IMG/VR virus record: IMGVR_UViG_3300028800_000012 | Coordinates: 256 to 64,255 of that record | Origin: a virus | Length of the DNA stretch: 64,000 nucleotides | Direction: 5' to 3' (one strand) | Part shown: in pieces, positions 53,695-61,874 of the stretch | Position numbering within the stretch: position 1 is the first letter of the stretch | Layout: each line of letters opens with the position of its first letter | Translations under genes and position numbers: made by a program | The notes under the pieces: generated by a model | Told to the model about the DNA's origin: nothing | What the model saw: only the letters and a program-made list of their open reading frames with translations | The model's database searches: none

Positions 53695-54069
53695 AGCGAT
53701 CCACGCATCGGCCTGTTCGCGCATCCACGGGAACCGGATATAGGCAGCCTTCGCAGAGGCCGAAGTGAACTCCGGTTTGTCTCCGTCGATGGTCACGTTC
53801 CATCCAGTCGTGGCGTCGACGACGAGATCGACACCATCGGAATCGATGGCTTCCGCCGTGATCTTTGTCCCTGGCGCCGCCGTCTGAATGCGGCGATTGA
53901 CGCGCGCGTTCTGCGCCGCCTTGAAGCGCGGCGAATCCCGACCCAAGAGTGTGAGTGTCATTGGCGATTTATCGTCGTTCTCCAGCGGCTCGCCCGTGCC
54001 GGGATGCCGTAGCTGCATGACAGAGCCTTCGTCGCATGCTTTCGACGTATCGAGACTGGACAGGTCCAT
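53668..54069 (-). CDS. tail assembly chaperone G
   Basis: 133 aa, acidic, between the tail tube and tape measure genes. Confidence 0.7.
   Translation of the reverse strand: MDLSSLDTSKACDEGSVMQLRHPGTGEPLENDDKSPMTLTLLGRDSPRFKAAQNARVNRRIQTAAPGTKITAEAIDSDGVDLVVDATTGWNVTIDGDKPEFTSASAKAAYIRFPWMREQADAWIANRANFLKA
53680..53686 (-). promoter_or_regulatory. -1 programmed frameshift slippery heptamer A AAT TTC
   Basis: In the G zero frame the sequence reads GCA AAT TTC TTG AAA GCC TGA. The heptamer has X XXY YYZ form and lies four codons before the stop. The -1 frame continues open. Confidence 0.65.
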
Positions 54070-54102
54070 GATCGGCCTTTGTTGCTATTGCTTGGGTAAA
54101 GT

Positions 54103-54124
54103 GCGGCGGCAGTATTTCCGCCGC
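54103..54124 (-). terminator. hairpin after the tail tube gene (attenuator or terminator candidate)
   Basis: The minus strand reads GCGGCGG-AAATACTG-CCGCCGC (7-bp GC stem) followed by ACTTTA. The T-tract is weak. Confidence 0.35.
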
Positions 54125-54129
54125 TAGAA

Positions 54130-55059
54130 CTAGAACCGCGTGACCTGCAGCGCAGACGACGGAGAACCGCTGGTCGGCTTGATCGCCTGAAACGGCAGCG
54201 TCACGATGCGAGACTGTGGGTTTTGCACAGGGGCGGAATTGCCCGACAACTTCACCCGCGCCATCTGGAATTCAAGGCCGTGTCCCGCTGGGTCGGTGAG
54301 CGAGAATGACAGGCCGAATTCCGTCTCGTTCACATACCGGCTCAGCCACGTCGCGGAAATGCTCTGATCCAAGAACATCGTCACTTGGCCCGACACATCT
54401 CCCATGCCGTATTCGATGACTTGAGCCGATCTGTTGCCGAGCGTGTAGTTGGCCTTGGCGCCGTTATCGAGTGTGAAATCGACTCCGGTAATCATGGCCA
54501 ACGCGGTGCCGGATTGCGCCGCGTCGTCATAGATCGACCCCGTGAGCGTATCGAACGGCTGGTTCGTGCCAGGGCCTGTCGGCGTGCCGCCCGACGTTGT
54601 ACCCGATCCAGTCATGGTCGTGCCGAGTAATGAGAATGTCGATTGGACGATCTGCCCCGGCGCCATCTTGAAATTCCACTTGGACACCAGCATGTCGCGG
54701 TAGAGCCGATAGCGGCTCACGTCCAAGGCGCCATCTTCCAATGACAGATAGGTCGGCGTCGTACCTATGGTGATAACGTTTGTCGCCCAAGCGCCGAACA
54801 GCGCCGATTGGATGAAGTCATCGAAATCCGTATAGGCGAGTTCGACGACGACATCGCCTTCCGCATGCCGCGTGGTGTGACGGAAATCCGATACTTCGCG
54901 ATCCGAGCGGATTGTCGCGCTCTTGATCGTGTCGGTTTTGTAATCGAGGCTATGCGAGACGAATTTCGTCTTGACATAATTGCCGGTCGCGGCGGTGCCG
55001 AAGGCAGTCTGTGCTTTCTCCAGCAGTTGCGAACGAATGCCTTGGGCATACGTGGCCAT
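54130..55059 (-). CDS. major tail tube protein
   Basis: 309 aa. The call rests on position (before G/GT), size and beta-rich composition. Confidence 0.7.
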   Translation of the reverse strand: MATYAQGIRSQLLEKAQTAFGTAATGNYVKTKFVSHSLDYKTDTIKSATIRSDREVSDFRHTTRHAEGDVVVELAYTDFDDFIQSALFGAWATNVITIGTTPTYLSLEDGALDVSRYRLYRDMLVSKWNFKMAPGQIVQSTFSLLGTTMTGSGTTSGGTPTGPGTNQPFDTLTGSIYDDAAQSGTALAMITGVDFTLDNGAKANYTLGNRSAQVIEYGMGDVSGQVTMFLDQSISATWLSRYVNETEFGLSFSLTDPAGHGLEFQMARVKLSGNSAPVQNPQSRIVTLPFQAIKPTSGSPSSALQVTRF

Positions 55060-55153
55060 GTTTAAATCGCTCCGTCTAAGTCGGGGAATGCGTCGCCGTC
55101 ACGGCGATGCGGGGCGCGCTTGCGAGGCTGCGCTTTTGGGTGATCGGCCGCGG

Positions 55154-55627
55154 TTAAAGAGCGCCGAGGTATTGAGAGCCGCGCGGATGGTTGAACGCGA
55201 TGCGCAGTAATGGCGTGGTGCTTGTTCGTGTCGTCCACGCCACAGTCACGGGCACCATGACCCAATCTGGGTGTGCTTGGGCGGGCGCGCGTTCCGCATA
55301 GCGCACGCGGACGACAGTTTCATTTTGCGTCACAACCTGCCCCGGCGGGAATTTTGCTCGAACTGCGTCGGCGGCGGATTCGGCTAGTCCTGTTCCCGAC
55401 CCGGATGGGAAGAACAGACTGGCTTGGAATAAACCTTGCCGGATCGTATCGCCGTATTGACCGAGAGTGCGCGGACGTTCCGCTGTCGGCACCAGCGCAT
55501 AAGCAACATAGGCGGTGCCGACGACAGGCGTGTAGGGAACGCCCTCATAGGCCTTGTCGCCCGGCAGTCCTGCCGCTGTATTCGCCTGCACGGTCAGAGC
55601 GCCACGGATATCCTGAAAGACGCTCAC
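55154..55627 (-). CDS. tail terminator-like protein, paralogue B with a C-terminal extension
   Basis: 157 aa, clearly paralogous to 55646-56059 (MSVFQDIRGALTVQANTAAGLP compared with MTTLFQDIRGALTTRANAASGMP). It ends in SQYLGAL. Confidence 0.55.
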   Translation of the reverse strand: MSVFQDIRGALTVQANTAAGLPGDKAYEGVPYTPVVGTAYVAYALVPTAERPRTLGQYGDTIRQGLFQASLFFPSGSGTGLAESAADAVRAKFPPGQVVTQNETVVRVRYAERAPAQAHPDWVMVPVTVAWTTRTSTTPLLRIAFNHPRGSQYLGAL

Positions 55628-55645
55628 CCGTACCGCCCGATTACA

Positions 55646-56059
55646 TTACAATGCGTTGTGCAAATTCCATCCAACCGAGACTGGAACGGTGATCCAGTCT
55701 GGGGTTATCTGTGCCGGCCTGCGCTCGGCATACTCGATGCGCACCGATGTTTGCCCCTGTGTCACAACATCCCCGGGAACAAACTGGTCTTTGACAGAAT
55801 CGGCGGCCTGCTCGGCTTGCCCTGTTCCTGAATCGGATGGGAACCACAAAGTGATATGAAATTCACCTTGCAGGAGCGTCACAGTCCCGCCGAACGTAAC
55901 CGGCCGCTCTTGTTCCGGCAGAAGCGAGTAGACGGCATAAGCTATTCCGACATTCGGCGTGATCGGCACGCCTTCATAGGCGTGTACCGCCGGCATTCCG
56001 GACGCTGCATTAGCTCGCGTCGTTAAGGCCCCGCGAATATCTTGGAATAGAGTCGTCAC
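55646..56059 (-). CDS. tail terminator-like protein, paralogue A
   Basis: 137 aa. See 55154-55627. Confidence 0.55.
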   Translation of the reverse strand: MTTLFQDIRGALTTRANAASGMPAVHAYEGVPITPNVGIAYAVYSLLPEQERPVTFGGTVTLLQGEFHITLWFPSDSGTGQAEQAADSVKDQFVPGDVVTQGQTSVRIEYAERRPAQITPDWITVPVSVGWNLHNAL

Positions 56060-56505
56060 AATGCGGCGACTCTTTGCGCGGTTTCTTCGGCAATGCTTGC
56101 GGCACGATCAAGCGTCGATCTAACGAATGAACGCGGGGCCTGATTGTATTTGCGGCCGAGCGCATCGGTGCCGACAAAACCGAATTCAACCCGCATGGCA
56201 TAAGTGGCGCCGTTATTCATGTAGAACATGTCGCCGAGTTTGAATTCTGCCCCACCAACGAAGCCAAGCGACGCCGCTAAAGCTCCACCGCTTTTCGGAC
56301 TAGACGGACCTGACACTACATCCTGCGCATTGATCGATGCGTACCATGACGCCCGCAGAAACCCCGTCTTGACCGGCGTCGCTTCAATCACCTGTTCGCC
56401 GATATCCTGCACGAATTCGGACGCGAACAGTTGCGCCCGGCCCTTGGCCTTCTGCACAAAGGCGTCGATGTTGACGGTGAATTCCTTGGTGTCGGCGGTA
56501 AACAT
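56056..56505 (-). CDS. HK97 gp10-family tail completion protein
   Basis: 149 aa. ATPVKTGFLRASWY is typical of the gp10 family. Confidence 0.65.
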   Translation of the reverse strand: MFTADTKEFTVNIDAFVQKAKGRAQLFASEFVQDIGEQVIEATPVKTGFLRASWYASINAQDVVSGPSSPKSGGALAASLGFVGGAEFKLGDMFYMNNGATYAMRVEFGFVGTDALGRKYNQAPRSFVRSTLDRAASIAEETAQRVAAL

Positions 56506-56867
56506 TACTTGCGCACCTGCAGCGTGTAACTGCCGATGATGCCGCCGATCTCGCGCGTCTTGAAATTGACAACCGTGTAGACATCCGACCCGACGACAAG
56601 ACGGTCACCCACCTGCGGGGTGACGCTAGTATCGGTCGGGAGAAACGTTGCCTTGCGGTCGGATTCCTTGATGACGGTGCCGTCCTGCGCAACATCGGAA
56701 TAATCGCCGAGCCGTCCAGTGCCGGGGTAGTCGGTCGTCGTGTCGCCGGTTGTCGTGCCTGTGGTTGGGTCATACGTGCCGGCAACAATGCGCCGCAGCG
56801 TCATTGCCCGGCCCATGTCGCCGAGAAACCCGACGACACTCGCCTGGAATTGATTGCCGACCGTCAT
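56505..56867 (-). CDS. head closure / head-tail joining protein
   Basis: 120 aa. The call rests on position and size. Confidence 0.5.
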   Translation of the reverse strand: MTVGNQFQASVVGFLGDMGRAMTLRRIVAGTYDPTTGTTTGDTTTDYPGTGRLGDYSDVAQDGTVIKESDRKATFLPTDTSVTPQVGDRLVVGSDVYTVVNFKTREIGGIIGSYTLQVRK

Positions 56868-57325
56868 CAGCTCGTCGCGTCGTCGATGAAGTCGCGGCTA
56901 TACGGCAGCGCAGTACCGGGGAAATCCATCTGGCCGACCTCGAAGCGATTCGGCTCGCGATCCGTATCCTGCCGCTCCGTATCCATATCGGCTTTGCTGG
57001 TGCCGCCGACGAACGGCGACCCAAGCCCGCCGCTGTCCGCCGTGACCGCCTGTGTTCGCAGCCGAGTCGCCAGTGCGCGGAACATATCGGCGCGCTGGTT
57101 GTATTGCACGCTGGCGCCGTCGATCGACATCGCCGCAAAGCGGGAATACTTCGCCGCCTGTGCATCGGCGAGTGCTGCCGCTGTCTGCAACGGCGATCCA
57201 TAGATGCCGAGCGCGCCGGAAATTTCTTCGTCTGAGAACAGCGGGTCTGACGTGGTTGTATCGCCGAGTGCCAAGCGGACTTTCGCAAGATCGTTCGCCA
57301 AAGATGTGTCGTAAGTAAACGTCAC
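56867..57325 (-). CDS. head-tail adaptor-like protein
   Basis: 152 aa. N-terminal pattern LAKVRLALGDTTTSDPLFSDEEI. It is the first connector gene. Confidence 0.5.
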   Translation of the reverse strand: MTFTYDTSLANDLAKVRLALGDTTTSDPLFSDEEISGALGIYGSPLQTAAALADAQAAKYSRFAAMSIDGASVQYNQRADMFRALATRLRTQAVTADSGGLGSPFVGGTSKADMDTERQDTDREPNRFEVGQMDFPGTALPYSRDFIDDATS

Positions 57326-58122
57326 TTTCCGTCCACCATTTCACGCACAACACGAAGATATTTGAACGCCAACCCCATATTCATTTCGGCGAGCGTGAAC
57401 TGCTGTTGGACTAATGAAGCCCACCATTGACGCCTGTTGCCGGGCATCTCCGGTTTTTCCAGATCGGCGAGATCGAGATTCCCGACCGGCGCCGCCGCAG
57501 ACGTTGGCTCGACAAACACAGGGACGCCCTCTTTTGCGGCTTCTACCGCCGCATTGCTCGAATGCGTCACCAAGGCCCAACAACCCCGCAATTGCTCGCG
57601 TAACGGCCGGGTTTCTTCCTTGGTCCGGATAATGATCGGCCGGTCTGTGTGCTGCCGCACAAGCCCTTGGATTTTACAGGCCCAAGGGATGACCTTGATC
57701 CCCATTGCACGGCCGTAATGCACGCTCGGCAACGCTATGAGAACGTGCTTTCCCGTCGTTCTCCACGGCTTGATCTCGCGGATGCACATCGCCTCCGCGC
57801 GCTCGTAATCCGGCTTATCGAACATGACGGGAGTCATGCCGCGATAAGTGAACCTGTAGTAACCGAACGGGCCGCCCTTAGCCGGCCGCCAATAACCGTT
57901 GTCAATATGCCAGAACGGACGATCTGCTCTTATTGCCTGCGGGATAGCATCAAGCGCCGTCCAAAGCTGGCCCCATATTGCAAATGGAGCGCCGTCATTC
58001 GGCGGCATTCCTGCGACCAGCGCCGCCTTCTCTCCCCACCCCGGCGCTAGTGACGCCATGATGCGGGTTGTCTTTATTCTCCGCTCAGGCTCGACTACGC
58101 ACCATAGGCGAACGTCGCTCAT
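57322..58122 (-). CDS. putative glycosyltransferase-like protein (family unclear)
   Basis: 266 aa. C-terminal ALVTHSSNAAVEAAKEGVPVFVEP resembles GT-B or capsule-synthesis enzyme ends. Its stop overlaps the adaptor start. Confidence 0.35.
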   Translation of the reverse strand: MSDVRLWCVVEPERRIKTTRIMASLAPGWGEKAALVAGMPPNDGAPFAIWGQLWTALDAIPQAIRADRPFWHIDNGYWRPAKGGPFGYYRFTYRGMTPVMFDKPDYERAEAMCIREIKPWRTTGKHVLIALPSVHYGRAMGIKVIPWACKIQGLVRQHTDRPIIIRTKEETRPLREQLRGCWALVTHSSNAAVEAAKEGVPVFVEPTSAAAPVGNLDLADLEKPEMPGNRRQWWASLVQQQFTLAEMNMGLAFKYLRVVREMVDGK

Positions 58123-58134
58123 GGCGCGGCACTC

Positions 58135-58776
58135 CTACCAACTCAGGATATAATCACCGGCGATGACCTTCCGGACTTGCGCGCCCCATGAGCACAGCAA
58201 TTCAACGGCATCGGTATCTCCGATGCCGAACTGCTTACCCTTGCCGATCTTCTGCTCGACAATCATGGCCGGACGATACTTGCGGATGGTCTGCGCGCCG
58301 CCTTTGCAAACAAACAGTTCGAACCCTTCGCAATCGATTTTTACGAGGTCAACATTGGCGAGTTCGAACGAATCCAGAGTCTTCATCTTCGCCAGATGCT
58401 CACCGTGCGCGGCAATCCATGTATCGCCCGATGAACTCTCGCCAGTATGCAGCGAAACGGATGCCCCGTGATCGCCGAGCGCAAACGGCCAAATATCGCA
58501 ATTGTCTGTTTTGATATTCGCGTACCAGCATTCGCGGTGCCGCTCGACCGGCTCGAATGCCGTGACGTGCCGGAACATGACGGACAGAGGCCGCGTCCAC
58601 AGTCCCGTATGCGCCCCGATATCGACTGCATGGCGGAAGTTCTTCACATACGGTAGCGCCGCCATCAGTTTGTGCAATTGATAACTGGGACCGCCGGCAA
58701 ATTCAGGCCCGTTCTCCAGAAATGCATCCAAGTGCGATTCACCGTCAGGGAGAAAGAAGCCATTAACTTGCTTCAA
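58135..58776 (-). CDS. FkbM-family methyltransferase
   Basis: 213 aa. AVDIGAHTGLWT (SAM motif I), VTAFEP and VDLVKIDCEGFE follow the FkbM pattern. Confidence 0.7.
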   Translation of the reverse strand: MKQVNGFFLPDGESHLDAFLENGPEFAGGPSYQLHKLMAALPYVKNFRHAVDIGAHTGLWTRPLSVMFRHVTAFEPVERHRECWYANIKTDNCDIWPFALGDHGASVSLHTGESSSGDTWIAAHGEHLAKMKTLDSFELANVDLVKIDCEGFELFVCKGGAQTIRKYRPAMIVEQKIGKGKQFGIGDTDAVELLCSWGAQVRKVIAGDYILSW

Positions 58777-59599
58777 GCAAGCCTCACTTTCGCCGCGTCA
58801 TAGACCTCATCGGCCCCGATCCGCGCCATGCAGTCTCGACAATGGTCGCAAGGAGCAAGATTCCCGCAACCCAGATCATCGCCGGTAAACATGTTCGTAT
58901 GCACGTCGTAGCCTGTTACGCGCGGCGAAATAAACCCGCCGAAGATCACCACCGCAGCGATACCAAGCGCCGCCGCTGCATGATGCAGCCCGCCTTCTGG
59001 TCCGACATACAATTGCGCCCGCTCAAGCGACGCGCATGCGAGCCGGAATGTAGCGGCCTTGATTGTTCTGACACCGGCTAGCCGATGCGGCCCCGTGTCG
59101 AACTGCGCCACGTCGTGCCCGTCCATCGCCAACTGATCGGCGACTTCCTGATACCTGTTGACCGGCCACTGCTTATTCGGCGCCGAATGCTTGGTGTTCG
59201 GCTCGATGATGACGTCGGCATCGCCGAACGACTTCGCCCATTCCCGCTCGGCGTCGGTCAGATAGAGTTCGCCGGGGATAGCCTTGAAGCCTGGATTAAA
59301 TATCCATCGATCGCCATCGATCCGGCAGTAAGCCCGCGCGCCGGGCGCATGGATGATCCAGTCTATCGATTCGCCGGTATCCTCCGCGCCGGGAGGCGCG
59401 ACGTTCGGATTGCCGCGGTAGATGTCATGGGCATTGCGGTGCCAGATGATGCGGCGGCAATTAACGTCACTGAAGGCGACGCGCTTGCCGTGCTTGGCTG
59501 CGCCTTTGGCAAGGCCGGAGCCAAGGATCTCGTCGCCGAAGCCCGTGACACGACCTCAATTATAGGCGACGCATTGTTCGCATGGCGTTCCGCGCACAT
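58773..59599 (-). CDS. GT9 (heptosyltransferase-like) glycosyltransferase; the start is only reachable through a frame change
   Basis: The GT9-like frame is open from immediately after the rSAM TGA (59556-59558) to 58773: ...VTGFGDEILGSGLAKGAAKHGKRVAF...NKQWPVNRYQEVADQL...LYVGPEGGLHHAAAALGIAAVVIFGG. It has no ATG/GTG/TTG for 141 codons. ATG 59597-59599 opens the other frame as MCAERHANNASPIIEVV. Confidence 0.6.
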
Positions 59600-60506
59600 C
59601 CTTTTTCAGATGCGCCGCACGCAATGCCGTGAATGCCGCCGAATTCCACGCATCCATAAACGGCTGCTTAGTCAGATCGCCCATCGCCCATGATTTATTC
59701 GCGTCGAAGCAGCAGGCGGATAGCTTCCCGTCGGCCGTGACATGGCCTTCCGTGAAAGCTGACCAGCAAGGCAATGGCTCTCTTAACGCCCCGAGCCTGC
59801 CTTGATTGCCGGCGGTCGGCCGGTATCCGAGTTCTTCTTCCCGCGCCGTCGCAAATGCACCCATCGAGTACAAGGGCAGCCAGTAATGCTCGTCCACATA
59901 CGGCACGACATGCTCGGCCAGGAGATTTTCCATCTTGGCCTGTTGCTCGCCGTCATACCGGATCGAAGACGCATAGAGTCCGGTCGGATACCCCCTCGCC
60001 TCGCGCAATTCCCATGCGGCTTTGATATTGCTCAGTGCGATCGGATACAGCCGGCGGTCAACCGCCATGACGTGTTCGAACTGGTCTTCATCCGCCGCAT
60101 TTACCGACCATTTGATCGAGTCGATGCCGGCGCGCATGAGTTCGTCGACCCAGCGCGGCTTTGCCAGTGACGCATTCGACGTGAGGAATACATACGGCAT
60201 CCCCACGTCCTGCTTGAGGTATTCGACGCAGGCGACAAGCAGTTTGGGATTCATCATGCTTTCGCCGAGGAAGAAGCACCCGACCTCCTCGACGCCGGCA
60301 TCGCGCATTTCGCGTGTGATTCGCTTGAAAAACTCGAAATCCATGTCGGACTTCGGCTGTTCCTCGCGCGTCCGTAGAGCGCAGAAGCCGCAGCGATAGT
60401 TACATCGCGGCGATATTTCGATCTTGACCGAGCGCGGCGCGGGACATTCGGCCTTGAGATATGCCGGGGGAATTTTTGTGACGGCATCGATGCGTTCGGT
60501 AATCAT
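59556..60506 (-). CDS. radical SAM / SPASM-domain enzyme
   Basis: CNYRCGFC is the CxxxCxxC cluster. The C-terminal Cys-rich SPASM-like region reads CWSAF...LSACCFD...GTPCEQC. The start is taken at ATG 60504-60506, which overlaps the upstream stop. The track ORF starts at 60539. Confidence 0.75.
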   Translation of the reverse strand: MITERIDAVTKIPPAYLKAECPAPRSVKIEISPRCNYRCGFCALRTREEQPKSDMDFEFFKRITREMRDAGVEEVGCFFLGESMMNPKLLVACVEYLKQDVGMPYVFLTSNASLAKPRWVDELMRAGIDSIKWSVNAADEDQFEHVMAVDRRLYPIALSNIKAAWELREARGYPTGLYASSIRYDGEQQAKMENLLAEHVVPYVDEHYWLPLYSMGAFATAREEELGYRPTAGNQGRLGALREPLPCWSAFTEGHVTADGKLSACCFDANKSWAMGDLTKQPFMDAWNSAAFTALRAAHLKKDVRGTPCEQCVAYN

Positions 60507-61243
60507 CGCGCCGCCCACTCCGCCAATGTTGAACGCCATTCATCGGCGAATGGAACGTCCTCGTATCCCGCCATGCAGGGAGAACCCAACGTATGGTGCA
60601 CGACCTTCGGGCTTTCGATCGGCTCGCTTTCGCCGGCCAGCCAATTCCATTCCGGAGCGAGTTCGCCGATTTGGTCGTCTTTCAGCCAGCAGAGCCGATG
60701 CAGATCGCGGCCGGGAAGCGTATTGACGAGTTCGGGCGTGAGCGCCTTGTTTGCCGTTCGGTCGCAATCAAAAACGACCAAGCTGCTCCAGTTTTTGCGG
60801 GCGTATTTGGTCTGCGCCTGCCCGTCCATTTTGACGGTTGAATGCGGCTCATGCTGATGCTTGACGCACCATGCGGCCTTTGGGCTTTCCTGCCGCTCGA
60901 TCCATTGGAACAGGCGGCACAGGTTTTCCCTGACCAGCATGTCGCAGTCCATGAACAGCGCCAGCCCATGACCGGCGAGATGCGGAACAAGAAAGCGAGA
61001 TATCGAGAACTGCGTCGAGCAAGGAGCGCCGCTGATCTCGTCCCACAACTGCCACTGACCTTCGCTGTTCAAGCGCCGGTCGGTGGGTCGGCGGTAGAGC
61101 CCCCGCTTTTTCAAATCATCCAGCACCAGGCCATACACCGGCACCGGAAGCGTCAGTCTCTTGTTGATCGAGTGGCGGGCTACAGCGAACGCGGCGGCTT
61201 CACGCGGATCGAAGCCGATCCAGATACTCCAAGCCCTGCTCAA
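60503..61243 (-). CDS. GT8-like glycosyltransferase (DxD)
   Basis: 246 aa, TTG start. IWIGFDPREAAAFAVARHSI and FSISRFLVPHLAGHGLALFMDCDMLV follow the GT8 pattern. Confidence 0.55.
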   Translation of the reverse strand: MSRAWSIWIGFDPREAAAFAVARHSINKRLTLPVPVYGLVLDDLKKRGLYRRPTDRRLNSEGQWQLWDEISGAPCSTQFSISRFLVPHLAGHGLALFMDCDMLVRENLCRLFQWIERQESPKAAWCVKHQHEPHSTVKMDGQAQTKYARKNWSSLVVFDCDRTANKALTPELVNTLPGRDLHRLCWLKDDQIGELAPEWNWLAGESEPIESPKVVHHTLGSPCMAGYEDVPFADEWRSTLAEWAAR

Positions 61244-61874
61244 TCGTCACCTTTGGAAAAGCGTCAACGGTCGATATCGGCGAGGCATTCAAAACCTCGA
61301 CGCCGCTGCGTTTGAGTTGGGGGAGACAGGCGTTGAAATTGTCGCCCCAGTTTTTCCAGTACCGGGCGTTTTGTCCCGCCGAGTACCAGTAGTAGTTTTC
61401 TAATTTGTAGTGATGCCCGCCCTGCTCGGTGTAATCGAAGCCGAACAGAACGATACGCTTTGCGCCTTTGAGATAGGCGAGATTGACAGCGCCGAACCCG
61501 GAATTGCCGCCGCTTTGAATGACGGCGGGGTCATCGCTTAAGCCCTCGAAACGGGAGAGCCGAAGATACTTCGCCCGCTCGATCAGCGGACATTCAAGCG
61601 GAAACTCGTATTCCTGCCCGGTCGGAGCGAGGAAGATTTCCGCCCGGCACTCATGCCGCAATTTGTCGGCCTGCCGGCATATCCACCGCCGGTCCAATGC
61701 GAACACCGCATCGGCAAACGGCATTTCCCACACCGCTTCCTTGACGGCGAGAACGCGAATGCCGGGAATGTGGAAGCGGCGGAAGTCGATATCTTTGAGG
61801 CTCGGACCCGTGCCGACGATTGCCAGCGGTTTGTCCGACCAATCCGGGTCGCCGATGCTCGTAAACGGCAGCAT
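61200..61874 (-). CDS. DUF115 / Maf-MptE-like putative glycosyltransferase
   Basis: Start at ATG 61872-61874. LAIVGTGPSLKDID...VLAVKEAV...ALDRRW and GGNSGFGAVNLAYLKGAKRIVLFGFD follow the DUF115 pattern. Confidence 0.5.
   Translation of the reverse strand: MLPFTSIGDPDWSDKPLAIVGTGPSLKDIDFRRFHIPGIRVLAVKEAVWEMPFADAVFALDRRWICRQADKLRHECRAEIFLAPTGQEYEFPLECPLIERAKYLRLSRFEGLSDDPAVIQSGGNSGFGAVNLAYLKGAKRIVLFGFDYTEQGGHHYKLENYYWYSAGQNARYWKNWGDNFNACLPQLKRSGVEVLNASPISTVDAFPKVTIEQGLEYLDRLRSA

Noticed and set aside
59556-59558. Selenocysteine recoding of the TGA between the rSAM and GT9-like frames
   Set aside because: I could not find a convincing SECIS-like stem-loop in the 40 nt after the TGA. An upstream out-of-frame ATG plus a GT-dinucleotide indel gives a simpler explanation.
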